Shown here: one piece after another, positions 19,698 to 31,440 of the stretch
How the letters are laid out: every line of letters starts with the position of its first letter
How positions within the stretch are numbered: position 1 is the stretch's first letter
NCBI GenBank assembly: GCA_963733195.1
Contig: CAVTCR010000025.1
Coordinates: 1 to 59,231 of the forward strand
Source: an uncultured delta proteobacterium
GTDB taxonomy: Bacteria; Desulfobacterota; Binatia; Bin18
Direction of reading: 5' to 3'
Length of the DNA stretch: 59,231 nucleotides
Translations under genes and position numbers: made by a program
The notes under the pieces: generated by a model
Databases searched by the model: none
What the model saw: only the letters and a program-made list of their open reading frames with translations
What the model was told of the DNA's origin: nothing

Positions 19698-22600
19698 ATG
19701 CATTCTTTCGGAGAGAGGCCATTTGTCGGGCGGACAAAAGAACTCGATCAGGCACTACAGATGCTCACAGGGGCACAGTCAGGGTACGGACACACTCTTG
19801 TAGTCAGCGGACCAGGCGGGATTGGCAAGACCCGCTTTGCTGAGGAGGTTGCAGCTCGTGCGCAGTCTCTCGGGGCAACGGTTGCCATCGGGCGTTGCTG
19901 GCGAGACGGTGAAGCACCGCCATTGTGGCCCTGGCGAAGGATTTTTCGCGAGCTTGACGCTCCTCCGAGTCTTCTTGCCGAACGACGATCAGATGCAAAC
20001 CACGAACGGTTCGCTTACTTCATAGCCGTGCTCGATTATTTTCGCGCCGCACCTCGTGGAACTTCGTACCTGCTCGTTCTTGATGACGTGCATTTGGCCG
20101 ACCCGACGACACTTCTGCTCGCTCGATTTCTCGCTCGTGAACGGCAAGGACTGCCCGTGCTGCTACTCCTAATCCGTCGAGACGACACCCCCAGTGCGTC
20201 TGCTGAAGTAACGGCATTGCTCGCAGAGCTGGATCACGACGCCACGCCACTTCACCTCGTAGGTTTAACCAACAGTGAGATCACTACCTATCTGTCCTCC
20301 TATGGCTGCTCTGATCTGAATGCAGAGCTTTTGTCTCTGGTCGGTGCAGTCACAAAGGGGAACCCGTTACATCTGCGGAGTGTTGTAGGACACAACCAGT
20401 TCGGCAATGACACGGTATTAGAAGGGTTAGAACAGGCAATCACACATACTATCGAGCAACTTCCGGACCTCGACCGCAAAGTCCTCGGAATGGCTGCTCT
20501 GTTAGGCGTAGAAGTTTCAATGTACGAGGTCGCCCGCCTCGTCGAGACCTCCCCCTGTGTGGTGACTACCTCGCTGAGGCGTGCAGTCAACCTCGGGCTC
20601 ATGGTCGAGCACTGTGGCGATCGGATGAGCTTTATCCACGAGCGTGTACGCGATGCCGCATTAGCAGCTCTCGCACTACAGGAGCGTCTCGCTGCACATG
20701 CACGGACTGCTCAGCTGTTGACGGGACGCACGCCCGACCGCGTGTTACGACGAGCACATCATGCCTTCATCGCTGCCAGCCGCTCTACTGAGGACGCCAT
20801 CGCCGCTGTGGAAATCGCCCGCGAGGCAGCAGCAGAACTGCAAGTGGCTGGAGGATTCGAGCAAGCTGCAACACTACTGAGTCGAGCGACCAAACTCCAA
20901 GATGCGGGAGCATTACCTGGACCCACTTCAGCCTTAGTGGTCGAGTGGGCCGAAGCCGTCCTCGCTTGCGGCCATCTGGCTGAGGCGCGTCCCCTCTTTC
21001 ACCGCGCAGCACATCTGGCAGAAACCGAGGGAGACTCAGCGATCCTTGCCCGCGCAGCTCTGGGCTTAGGCGGTGTATGGGTACGAGAACACCGCATGAG
21101 TGAGGAAGCTGAGCGCGTAGGAGCGTTACAACGCCGGGCACTTGCTGCGCTTCCACACGATGCTCACATCTTACGCGCGCGGCTCACGGTACGAATTGCC
21201 GCCGAAAACGCGTATCGCGGCGGCCCAGTAACAGAAGTCATAGAAGGGGTTGAAGCCGCGCGACGTACTGGCGATGCACGAACCCTCGCTGAGGCATTGT
21301 CACTGTGTCATCATGTGCTCTTCATTCCATCGCACATGAAGCCTCGACTCGCGGTCGCCAACGAACTTGTCTCGGTAGCGTCCGTGGCTGGTGACGGAAT
21401 GCTGGCACTGATCGGCCTGTGCTGGCGGGCAGCAGATTTGTTCTTGCTGGGAGATCCCTCTGCTCAATCTGCACTCGCGGAACTCCGCCTTCGCGCTGAT
21501 GCGTTGCGTTGTAGTAGCATTCTTTTTATCGTGCAAGCAATGGACGTGATGCTAGCAATCCGAGCTGGGAAGTTTGAACAAGCAGAGCAAGCCGCAGCAG
21601 CATGTTATGCACTTGGCACAGAAGTGGGCGATGCCGACGCGTTGTCGTACTATGGCGCGCATATGGCAGCCATTCGCGTGTTCCAGGGACGCGAGACGGA
21701 GATTGCTGATGTCGCGGCTTCAATCGCCACGTCCCCGATGCTCACCGAGCGAGATCGTGCCTTCTCATCAGCAGCAGCCTTGTTCGCGTTGCGTGGTGGA
21801 CAACCTCACCAAGCACGTGCCGTACTCGATGGGTTAACGCGTGAGGGCTTAGACAGCATCATTCCCTCCAGTTCCTGGTTGCTCACCATGCAGGCCATCA
21901 TTGAACTGGCAGCAGCACTCAACGACACGCACAATGCCCAGGCTGCCTATAACGCATTGTTGCCCTATGCCGAGCTGCCAATCATGGCATCACTCGCAGT
22001 CGTTTGCTTCGGATCGGTTTATCGTCCGTTAGCCATAGCCGCTTTGACCTGTGGAAAAATCGATCTCGCGATAGAACATTTTGTGGCTGCTGTCGCTGCA
22101 AACGAACGACTCGGGTCACCGACCAGCTGCCATCCAAGCGCGCGCGGAACTCGCATTCGCATTACTGCGGCGATCAGGGCCTGGGGATAATCAACGAGGG
22201 CGCCACCTTCTTAAAGAAGCGATGACAGAAGCTGACGAACTCGGGATGACTGGGCTGGTCCATCGATGGCAAGAGGCGCTCGCGAGCAGCACAGGAGACG
22301 ACCCGTTCATATTAATAGCAATTTTGTCAGCGTATCATCATCGCCACAAGGTGGATGGCGGATGGCGCTGGGGAATCAGATCGCCACTGTCCCAGATTTG
22401 GTCGGAATGCGTTATCTTGCCCAACTTGTTGCAGCACCGAACCAGGACGTTCCGGCCGTTGCGTTAGTCGTTGACCAGGGAACTTCGCCTCCAATGGCAG
22501 GAGAACAAGAAGTGATGGATGCGACGACAGTCGCCGCAGTACGGCAGCGCATCCGTACACTCAGAGAGCAATCCATGCTGATGCCGGAAGAGCAAGATGA

Positions 22601-22825
22601 GCTCGATACGCTCATTCATGAACTTGCCTGCGCAAGTGGCCTCGGGGGCCGCATTCGCTCTTTTGCTGACGCCCCGAGCGCGCCCGTACAGCAGTCAGAA
22701 AGGCCGTGAAACGTGCCATCGAGCAAGTCGCAGCCGCCAATCCCGTAGTTGGGCAGCATCTCGCCACGCGAATTGAGACTGGAGCGGTCTGCCGCTACCG
22801 CGTCGAAGACTACGAACGGAACTGA
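19698..22825 (+). CDS. AAA/STAND ATPase + helical (TPR-like) regulator with C-terminal ERARTAVRKA domain; frameshifts near 22130, 22310, 22680
   Basis: PFVGR, Walker A GPGGIGKT, Walker B VLDDVHLAD, TKGNPL; C-terminal DLVGMRYLAQLV...GLGGRIRSF...RARTAVRKAVKRAI...IETGAVCRY. Confidence 0.85.
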
Positions 22826-22838
22826 ATACGATGGAGCG

Positions 22839-23462
22839 TCACTCCTTCGCTAGCGCCGCCGCCATTGGCTTGAACAGGGCAAAGAATCCGCGACGAATAT
22901 CACTAATAGGTTTGAGAAACTCCGGATTGGTAAGGAGTGGACTCTCCTCACTGGCATCAATGTACACCGCCTCTGCGTTACAGTGAATCGTTGCCATCGT
23001 GGTTTCTTGTCCTTCAGGACGCTCGCGCGTTCCTTTGATGACTCCACGCTTCCCGGTTGTCGCCGGAGAGAAGGAAGTGATAGTGAATTGTAATTGTTCC
23101 ATCGCTTGCTTGGCACGTTGATTCGCTTGTTCACAGGGAGAGATGTCAGGAGTCGCTTCAACACGAACCCCTCCAGGTTGACACACAATCTGCACCGTCA
23201 AGGTTTCTTGCCCTGTAGAGGTCGTTCGGGTCGCGGTAAGGATCTTTTTCTTGTCTTCCTCAACGATGCCACCTGTCGTGGTATACCTTAGTCGTTCAAC
23301 GGTTCGCTACGATAGAGTCACTGCCTGTTCACAAGTTATCGTAGCGTCAACTATAGTGTACACAGGAGTCTCCTCCTGCGCTCGAACCAGCGTAGTCGTC
23401 GAAATTGCAGCAGTAGCCATGAGGACAAATAGCAGTAAGGCTAGTGATTTCATACCTTTCAT
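22839..23462 (-). CDS. Secreted hypothetical protein with two tandem homologous domains; in-frame TAG at 23307-23309
   Basis: Signal peptide MKSLALLLFVLMATAA in frame with ORF 22839-23201; repeats CEQAVTLS..GQETLTVQIVC / CEQANQRA..GQETTMATIHC. Confidence 0.7.
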
Positions 23463-23507
23463 GCCTGTAGTGTACGATGCACCCTCGTCATTCAGAAGCC
23501 CCCATCC

Positions 23508-23631
23508 CTAAATCGACCCACATGACATTCGTACACTTCGCAACGTAACCCTCACTCGTGTCATTCTGAGCCCTTCGACTACGCTCAGAATGACAGACCC
23601 CGTGTGCCTGATCTTTAGTGGTCTAATTTAG
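23508..23631. repeat. MITE/REP composite
   Basis: Terminal imperfect IR ctaaatcgacccac / gtggtctaatttag enclosing hairpin gtcattctgagc...gctcagaatgac. Confidence 0.55.
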
Positions 23632-23725
23632 TGACACCCTCCTCTGCTGTTTTCTTTCCTCGCCTTTTGTTACGCTGTCAGTAACGCAGGGAAACGGACG
23701 TGTAGTATAGAGAGGAAGGCTCCAC

Positions 23726-25111
23726 ATGCAACCTATGACACCGCTTGTTGAAGAACAAAGGCCGACCACCGCTCGCAAGATCGCCCCCGGACCGCGCTAC
23801 CGTACTCCCTTTGGCGCCCTCGCAGCCTTCCGACGTGATCCACTGAAATTTGAAATCGACCTTGCCAAGTTCGGTGGCGTTATCAGAACACAGATGGGTC
23901 CCTGGTTCTCACACTCGGTCTTTCATCCTGCGCACGTCAAATACGTCCTGCAAGACAATAACCAAAACTATGGACGCAGTGCCTTCGTCAAAATGCTCAA
24001 GTCTGCCGTCGGCGACGGGTTGCTCACCAATGAAGGCGAATCATGGCTGCGACAGCGTCGCCTCGCGCAACCCGCTTTTCATCGCCAGCGCATCGCAGCA
24101 CTCGTCACACTAATGACCGATTCCATCGACACCATGCTTGAACGTTGGCGTTCAGTTGCTGAGAACAGGCAACCCGTAGAGCTGCTCGCTGAGATGAGCA
24201 ACCTCGCACTCGACATTACCGGGAAAGCTTTATTCGGCACCGCGCTCAGTAGTGAGCTGAATGCGTTCCTTGATCAACAAAGACTGATACTCGCCCACTT
24301 TAACTATCGATTTGAGCATTTCCTCACTCTGCCGGAGAATATTCCCACGCCGCGCAACCGCCGTTTTCACAAGGCGGTGCAAACCATGGATGCGATCGCT
24401 TACAAAATCATCGCTGAACGTCGTCAGAACGGACACGACAGAGGAGACCTTTTGTCGATGTTGCTCATGGCCCGCGACGAGGAAACTGGCGAGGGCATGA
24501 ACGATAAGCAATTGCGCGATGAGGTCACCACCTTTCTCGGCGCTGGGAGCGAGACTACTGCCGTACTTCTTGCTTGGGCGTGGACGCTACTCTCGCTACA
24601 TCCCACGGTAGAGCGGAAATTTCGTGCAGAATTAGCGGAGGTCCTCGGTGGTCGTACAGCGACGATCGCTGATCTGCCCAATCTCAAATACACGCGTATG
24701 ATCCTTGATGAAACGTTACGGCTGTACCCACCAGCGTGGGCCATGTCACGCGAAGTGCTGAGTGACGATGAAATCGGCGGGTATCACATTCCAGCGAAAT
24801 CCCAAATTTTCCTGGTCCAATACGTCACCCATCGACTCCCAGAATTTTGGGAGAACCCAGAGGGATTCGACCCAGAACGCTTCACTCCTGAACGTTCAGC
24901 GAACCGCCCACGGTACGCGTATTTTCCTTTTGGCGGCGGCCCGCGTTTATGTATCGGCAACGAGTTCGCTTTGATGGAAGCACAACTCGTGTTGGCAACA
25001 GTCGCGCAGAAGTATCGCCTACACGTAGCCCCGGGTCACAAAATAGAGCCACACCCCATTTTTACTCTGCGTCCACGATATGGAGCGATGGTAACTCTGC
25101 ATCAGACTTGA
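23726..25111 (+). CDS. Cytochrome P450
   Basis: AGSETT I-helix, ETLR (ExxR), FDPERF, FGGGPRLCIG heme motif. Confidence 0.97.
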   Translation: MQPMTPLVEEQRPTTARKIAPGPRYRTPFGALAAFRRDPLKFEIDLAKFGGVIRTQMGPWFSHSVFHPAHVKYVLQDNNQNYGRSAFVKMLKSAVGDGLLTNEGESWLRQRRLAQPAFHRQRIAALVTLMTDSIDTMLERWRSVAENRQPVELLAEMSNLALDITGKALFGTALSSELNAFLDQQRLILAHFNYRFEHFLTLPENIPTPRNRRFHKAVQTMDAIAYKIIAERRQNGHDRGDLLSMLLMARDEETGEGMNDKQLRDEVTTFLGAGSETTAVLLAWAWTLLSLHPTVERKFRAELAEVLGGRTATIADLPNLKYTRMILDETLRLYPPAWAMSREVLSDDEIGGYHIPAKSQIFLVQYVTHRLPEFWENPEGFDPERFTPERSANRPRYAYFPFGGGPRLCIGNEFALMEAQLVLATVAQKYRLHVAPGHKIEPHPIFTLRPRYGAMVTLHQT

Positions 25112-25303
25112 TGAGCGGTAGGAAACTGCTGACGGAGAAGCGTTGTCTTGCCGACTTTGCGTGGCCTCCATAAAAATGCGGCATATCGTGGTCGTTTTTA
25201 AGGTCCGCAAATAAGTGGATAATCGGGAGGTCATTCCCGTTTATCTAGATAAACGGGAAGATAGGGTCAATATATTCGGGCAATTTTCACGGCGTTAAGG
25301 GGG

Positions 25304-25828
25304 CTACTTCTCCAAATCAAGCACCGCGAGTAACCGTCCATAACCGATGAACAAACCGGTCAGCATACCGAGCTCGATAATCTCTGCTGGGGTAAACTCC
25401 TGCCGCAATTCATGAAAGAAGAAGTCATCAATAGAGTGGTGATGTACAGCCATACACTCAGCAAAGCGTAACGCAAGCTTCTCACGAGATGAGAACTCCG
25501 GGTGATTGTCATAATCACAGAGCGCAGCCACGAGCGTATCTGTCACTCCATCCTGCACAGCCTGTGCAGTACGAGAGCGTTGTCAGGTACGACACGCGTT
25601 GAGCTCAGCAATCTTGAGGCGTACCAACTCTTTCAGCCTGCTATCGAGCAGGCCATGTAACCGGCTGGGAATATAGAAGCGGTAAAAGGCTTTGCTCAAT
25701 TCCGGGTTTTGCCCCATCGCTTGAAAAACGGCAGGATTAAAATCCGGACACGCACGCTCAAAGGCTTCTAATGTTTCGCGCAGCTCGGGATCAAGTTGTT
25801 CACGTGGAACCAAATCCAATCGCGCCAT
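25304..25828 (-). CDS. Carboxymuconolactone decarboxylase/AhpD-like protein, probable selenoprotein (CxxU)
   Basis: ORFs 25583-25828 and 25304-25558 are in one frame separated by TGA in LNACRT*QRSR; LKELVRLKIA and FSSREKLALRFAE motifs; hairpin right after TGA. Confidence 0.8.
25546..25577 (-). promoter_or_regulatory. Putative bacterial SECIS hairpin
   Basis: 13 nt after UGA: CUGCACA-GGC-UGUGCAG, with an extendable lower stem (CUCUCGU / AUGGAG). Confidence 0.65.
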
Positions 25829-25859
25829 AGTAGAGTTTTCCTTTTCGGGCCATCTTCCT

Positions 25860-26047
25860 ATTGAATCATTGAGTCATCGGGCCATTGAGTCATTGAGAAT
25901 AATAGCCTTTTCGTCTTTACCTTTATCCTTTTCCCTTTTTTTCCCTTTTCGCCCTTTTTATTTTCCCCCTGTAGCCTTCAGCCTGTAGCGTTTAGCCTAT
26001 TTCTCATTCTTCATTCTCAATTCTTAATTCTTCATCTTAATTCTTAA
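25860..26047. repeat. Mosaic of short (7-8 nt) tandem repeats
   Basis: cattgagt, ttttccc, cctgtag/ccttcag, ttctcat/ttcttaa runs. Confidence 0.75.
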
Positions 26048-26048
26048 T

Positions 26049-28448
26049 TCATTTCAGCCCTGCCTTCCGCAACGCCGCAATATGCCGCTCCAGCATCGCC
26101 GGGTCTTTGAGCGGCACACGCTGCTTGTGCACTTCCAGTGAGAATTGCGGATTGATGCGCAGGACTTCCGCTACGGCGGCTTGCGCTTCGGCCTCTCGTG
26201 CCGAGTTGGCTGTAGATATCAGCTAGCTGGAGATGAGACACCAGAAAATTGGGAAACTGTTGCAACAGGCGCAGATGGAGTGTCACCGCCTCTTCCAGTC
26301 GTCCGGCCAGCGCATACGCGGACGCTACTCCATAGAGACAGCGATCATCAGACGGTAGAGCTTTGAGACTAATGCTCGCTCGCCTACTTTCACCGCCTCT
26401 TCCACCCGCCCGACTTGGCTCAGCCCACCAGCCAACATCATCTGGCCACACACAAAGTTCTCATCAAGCACTACCGCCTGCTCAAATGCAGCAATGGCGT
26501 GGTCGTATTGCTTCTGCCACAAGTAAACGAAGCCCAAGGCGGTATGGCCCCAAGGGACGGCATCATTGAGCGTAATGCCGTTTTGCGCGGCGTCATACGC
26601 TTGGTCCAAGAGCTTGGGGTCATGGCTTTGCTGGGTGATCCACTGGGAAGTGTAGTTGGATGCCTGCAGCGGATACGCAAGAGGATAAAAGGGAGTCAGA
26701 GCAAGCGCTCGCTTGACCGCGACAATCGACTCGGCATAGTGCTCTGTGCAGTGATAGGCCCAGCCTAATTGGATGAAATAAACGACATATGCATGGGGGT
26801 TAAGGCGTATTGCGTGTTGGATCGACCGGAGCGACTCTAGCGGTTTGCCTGCCAACATCAATACTTCTGCCAGAGTTGCATGACTGTCAGCCCAATTTGG
26901 TAGCAAGGTAATGGCCCGCTCGATCTCATTAAGGGCACGGTCAATTTGCGCTTTTCGTGCGTAGGTGAGCGCCAGGATTTGATGCCCTACCGGATAAAAC
27001 TCATTCAGGGCCACCACTTTTTGCCCAAATTCCAAGGCGCGCTCCAAGTTCTGCGGATCAGGGCTCCATTGCATGATCCACTCCATATAGTAGGTCAACC
27101 CTATGCCGGCGTAAGCCACAACGTATTGAGGATCAAGTGTCAGCGCTTTCTCGAAAAATTCCCGTGCCCGGAGATTGTCCTTTTTTGACGCGAGCAACCA
27201 ATGCCCCCATCCGCGCAACACATAATCATGCGCTTCGACATTCTCCGTCGTTTTACGGACAAAGAGTCCATGCTTCCATAATGAGAGCTGTAATTTCAGT
27301 GTCGTCGCGAGCTTCTCGACCAGGTCATCTTGCAGGGCAAAGATCTCTGTAAAAGGGCGATCATAGCGCTGAGCCCATACTTGTTCCCCAGTGGTGGCAT
27401 CGACCAACTGCACATTCATTCGCATCTGCCCGTCCGCTCGTCGGACGCTGCCTGCAAGTACGTAGCGAACCCCCAGTTCCTTGCCAATGTCTTGTTCCTT
27501 GATGCTCTTCCCCTTGTAGGTAAAAGCGGAATGGCGGGCGATGACAAACAAGTCCGGAAATTGCGCCAGGGTATTGATCAAATCATCGGTGAGTCCATCG
27601 CTGAAATACTCCTGACTGGCATCGCCACTCAGATTGACCAATGGCAGCACCACGAGGGAGGGCTTGTCCGGGAGGGGCAACGCAATAGGCTCTGGAACCG
27701 GAGGAGGAACGTAACTGGCCACCACCAACCGTGCCAAGCGCCAGTTGGCCGCTAGCCCTCCCCCAAGTACTAGCACCATTACCAACAGCAGCACCTGCCA
27801 CCAGCGCAAGCGGCGCGGAGTGGTAGTGGTTGTTGGTGAAGGCAGAGGAGACAAGAGTTCGTCTGATAGACGTCTGGCCCCTGGCAGAGGTCGGAGGATC
27901 TCGTCTGAAAAGGAGGGACACGTGTCATTGCGAGGATCCGCAGGCGACAATCGACTCGTTCAGAAACATCCTTCTGCTTCGCTCTCAATGACTGTGCAGC
28001 CTTGGTCTCGCAGTCTCTGCGGTCCCCCGCTTGCCTCTTCGACCGCTCACTCCTGGCCACTAGACTGCTGGACCCTTGACTTCTAGCCTTTTGCCGTTTG
28101 TCTTCTTCTCTACTGTTTACTGACACTGGCTACTGACAACTTCCCCAATAAACCGAAACCCTCGCTTGGGCACAGTCTCCACGTACCGCGGCTCCCGCGC
28201 ATTGTCCGCAACGCCTTGCGAATCTCCTGAATCGCACTCGTCAGCGTCGCCTCACTGATTATCGTCTCTGCCCACACCGCCTCAAACAGCTCGTCTTTGC
28301 TCACTAACTGCCCTGGCCGTGCCGCCAAGAAACACAACACCTGAAAGGCTTTAGGCGTGAGGCGCAGCGGGTGGGTTCCCTGCCACAACCGCGCATTGGC
28401 TGGATCGAGCCGATAGGGGCCAAAATGTACGGTTTGCTCGTCCGCCAT
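26049..28448 (-). CDS. Membrane-anchored wHTH + TolB-like/adenylate-cyclase-associated domain + TPR regulator; several frameshifts
   Basis: FGPYRLD..LTPKAFQVL..wHTH; TM WWQVLLLVMVLVLGGGLAA; LPDKPSLVVLP..YFSDGLTDDLI..FVIARHSAF; TPRs; ends ...ALRKAGLK*. Confidence 0.85.
27924..27992. repeat. REP-like element within regulator linker
   Basis: gtcattgcgagg...tgcttcgctctcaatgac; similar half at 38772-38800. Confidence 0.55.
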
Positions 28449-28474
28449 ACTCCTTTTTTTCACCCTTCCAGAAA

Positions 28475-28503
28475 AATCCCACAGAAATCCCAGAATTTTT
28501 CCA
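28475..28503 (+). promoter_or_regulatory. 11-bp-periodic AATCCCA boxes: putative wHTH operator
   Basis: aatccca-caga-aatccca-gaat-ttttcca-tgactt matches 4105-4139. Confidence 0.7.
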
Positions 28504-28708
28504 TGACTTTCTGGCGACTGATTTCCTACCCTCCTGCCACATGATGGACACAATTACAAGGGAGAAACAGCTCAGCGTACAGGCGACCAAGAGAACCGGA
28601 ATGCCTCGCGCACCTCCGTAACACGCGAATGATCTGTGAACTCGCTCTTAACGGACGCAAGGTCAACTGTAGGGTTTCAATCAATACTCAACACAACACG
28701 AGGAGAAC

Positions 28709-29272
28709 GTGATGCATCTACACAAACTAGCACTAGGCATGACTGTGGGATTAATACTGAGTGTGGTTGCCGGCTCGGTTGAGGCAAAGCAAATAAAAAT
28801 TAAAGGGAGCTTCTCTGGCAGTTTTAGCCCCTCAGAATTTGACTTTAATCAAGACGGCCAAAAGGCGGGTTTAAACTTGGTGACAGGCACAGGCACCATG
28901 GGGCCGTTCACTGGCCAGGGTCAAAGCGAATATCAGCTCCCGCTTTCAGCGCCGGTCACATGTCCCAGTGACACCGTAGAATTTCAGCTTATGGGGAGCA
29001 ACTCCGTGACCACCGACACACACACCGGAGACCAGCTCTTTAGCTTTAGCAGCTCGGGGACGCTCTGTGTGAATCTCTCGACAGGCGCGTTCACTTTCCA
29101 GGGAACGTATGACTACTTTGGCGGCACGGGGAGATTAACGGGCGCCACCGGCTCTGCTCAGGTTAAGGGAACAGGCCTCTACCACGTCTGTGACCCGGCC
29201 AATCGTTGCTTCGGCAGCCAAACCGGTACGTTTACCGGAACACTAACCCTCCCGAATGGCAAGGGAGACTGA
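28709..29272 (+). CDS. Secreted beta-rich hypothetical protein
   Basis: AGGAG RBS, signal peptide ...VEA, GGTGRLTGATG motif, paired Cys. Confidence 0.85.
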   Translation: MMHLHKLALGMTVGLILSVVAGSVEAKQIKIKGSFSGSFSPSEFDFNQDGQKAGLNLVTGTGTMGPFTGQGQSEYQLPLSAPVTCPSDTVEFQLMGSNSVTTDTHTGDQLFSFSSSGTLCVNLSTGAFTFQGTYDYFGGTGRLTGATGSAQVKGTGLYHVCDPANRCFGSQTGTFTGTLTLPNGKGD

Positions 29273-29749
29273 GGCTGAGCGCTAGGTGCCACTGGCGATT
29301 TGATCGCTAGTGCAAGGTTGGCCACGGGTAGCAAGCTGCCCGTGGCACCTTGTGTTCTGGAAACTTGGAAAACCCAGAAGTGGTGAGCGATGTGGGAGGA
29401 AAGTCGGCCATACCCCCTTGTTTATTGCTATCTCCGAACCTTGTTCAATCGCAATGAACAATTTGTTCACTACATTGTTACGCCTTAGTGAGCGAGCGGG
29501 GCCCAGTTCACAGAGGAATATTCCGTGCTTTCGTCTACGCCGGTTATTAGGGGATTAACCGTCAACACCTTTTTTAAGGAGGACAACATGTTTCATCTAC
29601 ACTGGAACAGTTGGAATAAAATACATACCATCGCCGTGGCTACCTTCGTGACTTTTTCGACAGTAAACTGGTCAAGTATCGCTCGCGCCGACGCTGTAAC
29701 CGATTGGAACGATATTGCCGTGCAAGCGTTGGTAGCGGCGGCCCCTCCG

Positions 29750-31440
29750 AGCAATTCTGGGTGAGCGAAAAAGTAGAGGAAGCCGAGGGGCATTAGGCGG
29801 GGGAGTTACTGCGCTTGAGCGGGTATACGCGGGAGTGCGAGGCGGTATACTGGCCCAATGCGTCCGTTAAAGAAGTTAACCTTTGACGCCTTTCGCGACG
29901 AGCTGGCCACCACCTTTGCCCAGATTCCGGACCTGTCGCGATCCGCAGCGCCTCACCTGGGAGATGCCGGCGGTGCTGATGAGCGCGTTTGCGATGCTGT
30001 TCTTTCAACATCCGAGTCTGTTGGAATATCAGCGGCGGATGAAGCAACGGACGGGGCGGTCGAATCTGGAGCGGGTCTTTCAGGTCGCAGAGATTCCGTC
30101 GGATACGCAGATGCGCGAGATTCTGGACGGGGTGCCGCACGGAGCCCTTGCGGCGAGTGTTACCCCAGACCTTTGAGCAGATGCGGCGTGTAGGTTGGAC
30201 GGCCCGGTTTGTGACGGAGGTCGCGGGGCCAGAAGTATTATCCGACCGTGCTGGATGGGAGCGAGTATTTTCATTCGACGCAGATTCACTGTCCGCACTG
30301 TTTGCACCAGCGGCAGGCAAACGGGGAGATGCACTATTCGCATGTGGTCGTCGGGGCCACGGTGACGCGCGCGGGGAGCCATAAGATTTTGCCGCTGGAT
30401 GCCGAGGAAGTCCGCAATACGGATGGACAGGAGACGCAAGACTGCGAACTGACGGCCGCCAAACGGTTGGTGAAGCGGCTGCGCGAGGAACATCGGCAGT
30501 TAGTCGATGTGTATCGTCGGCGATGATCTCTATGGGCATGAGCCGTTGATTGCGGAGCTGCAGAGGTTGCGGATGAGCTTCGTGCTCGTCGCCAAACCGA
30601 CCTCGCATGCCGCGCTTTTTGCGCAGCTGGAAGAACGAGAGCAGCGCGGGGAGGGTGAACGAGGGACGTGGCAAGAAGGGACGGGACGTCACCGCCGTAC
30701 GTTTGAGTACCGCAGTGCCGCTGACGGTTCCCCTCACGCAGTCCGGGGCGCGTGCGGGTCAATTTCCTGGAAGTCTGGGAACGTCGCCCCGATGGCACGG
30801 TCGGCTATCACAATTCGTGGGTGACCGACTTCGCCGTGACCCCGGAGACCGTGGCGGCGATTGTCGGCATCGGGCGCTCACGGTGGAAGATTGAGAATGA
30901 GCAGTTCAACGTGCAGAAAAATCACGGCTACGAACTTGAGCACAACTACGGGCATGGGCAGCAGACGTTGTCGATAGTCTTTTATCTGCTCAACCTCTTA
31001 GCCTTTCTCGCGCATAAGCTCTTGGAGTTTGGCGATCGGCTCTATCAGCAGTGTCGCGCTGGCGAATCGCGCCGGGGCTTATGGACGCTGTTCCGCAGTG
31101 CCTTCTATCTGATCGAGTTTGACACGTGGGAGGCACTGCTCCGCTACCACTTACGCGAGACGAGCACTGGCCCCTGAGGGGGGAGGCAGGCCGGGCCGCC
31201 TCAGCGCTCGGGTAGAGGAAAACACTGATTGTGATTATAACCTCTATCCCCTTCAGCTTGCCTGAGGGACAAATCCTGCTGGTGGCCCCGCCACCCTGAG
31301 CAACTTACGACTCCGGACCGCCTTCACTGGCTGCGCCCGCTCTCGTGGGATCGATACCAAGAAGACCGGCGCCTTCTTTCTCTTCACTGATCTCTGTCAG
31401 TGCGCTCGAAGTCTCTCCAGCTTGATGACCGGGAATGGCT
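29750..31440 (+). mobile_element. ISNCY-like (DDE) insertion sequence
   Basis: 12-bp duplication GCGGCCCCTCCG at 29738-29749 and 31441-31452; imperfect IR agcaattctgggtga / agccattcccggtca. Confidence 0.85.
29858..31177 (+). CDS. DDE transposase (ISNCY-like), frameshifted
   Basis: LDGSEYFHS..IHCPHC, QDCELTAAKR, GDDLY, GRSRWKIENE..GYELEHNYGHG. Confidence 0.85.
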
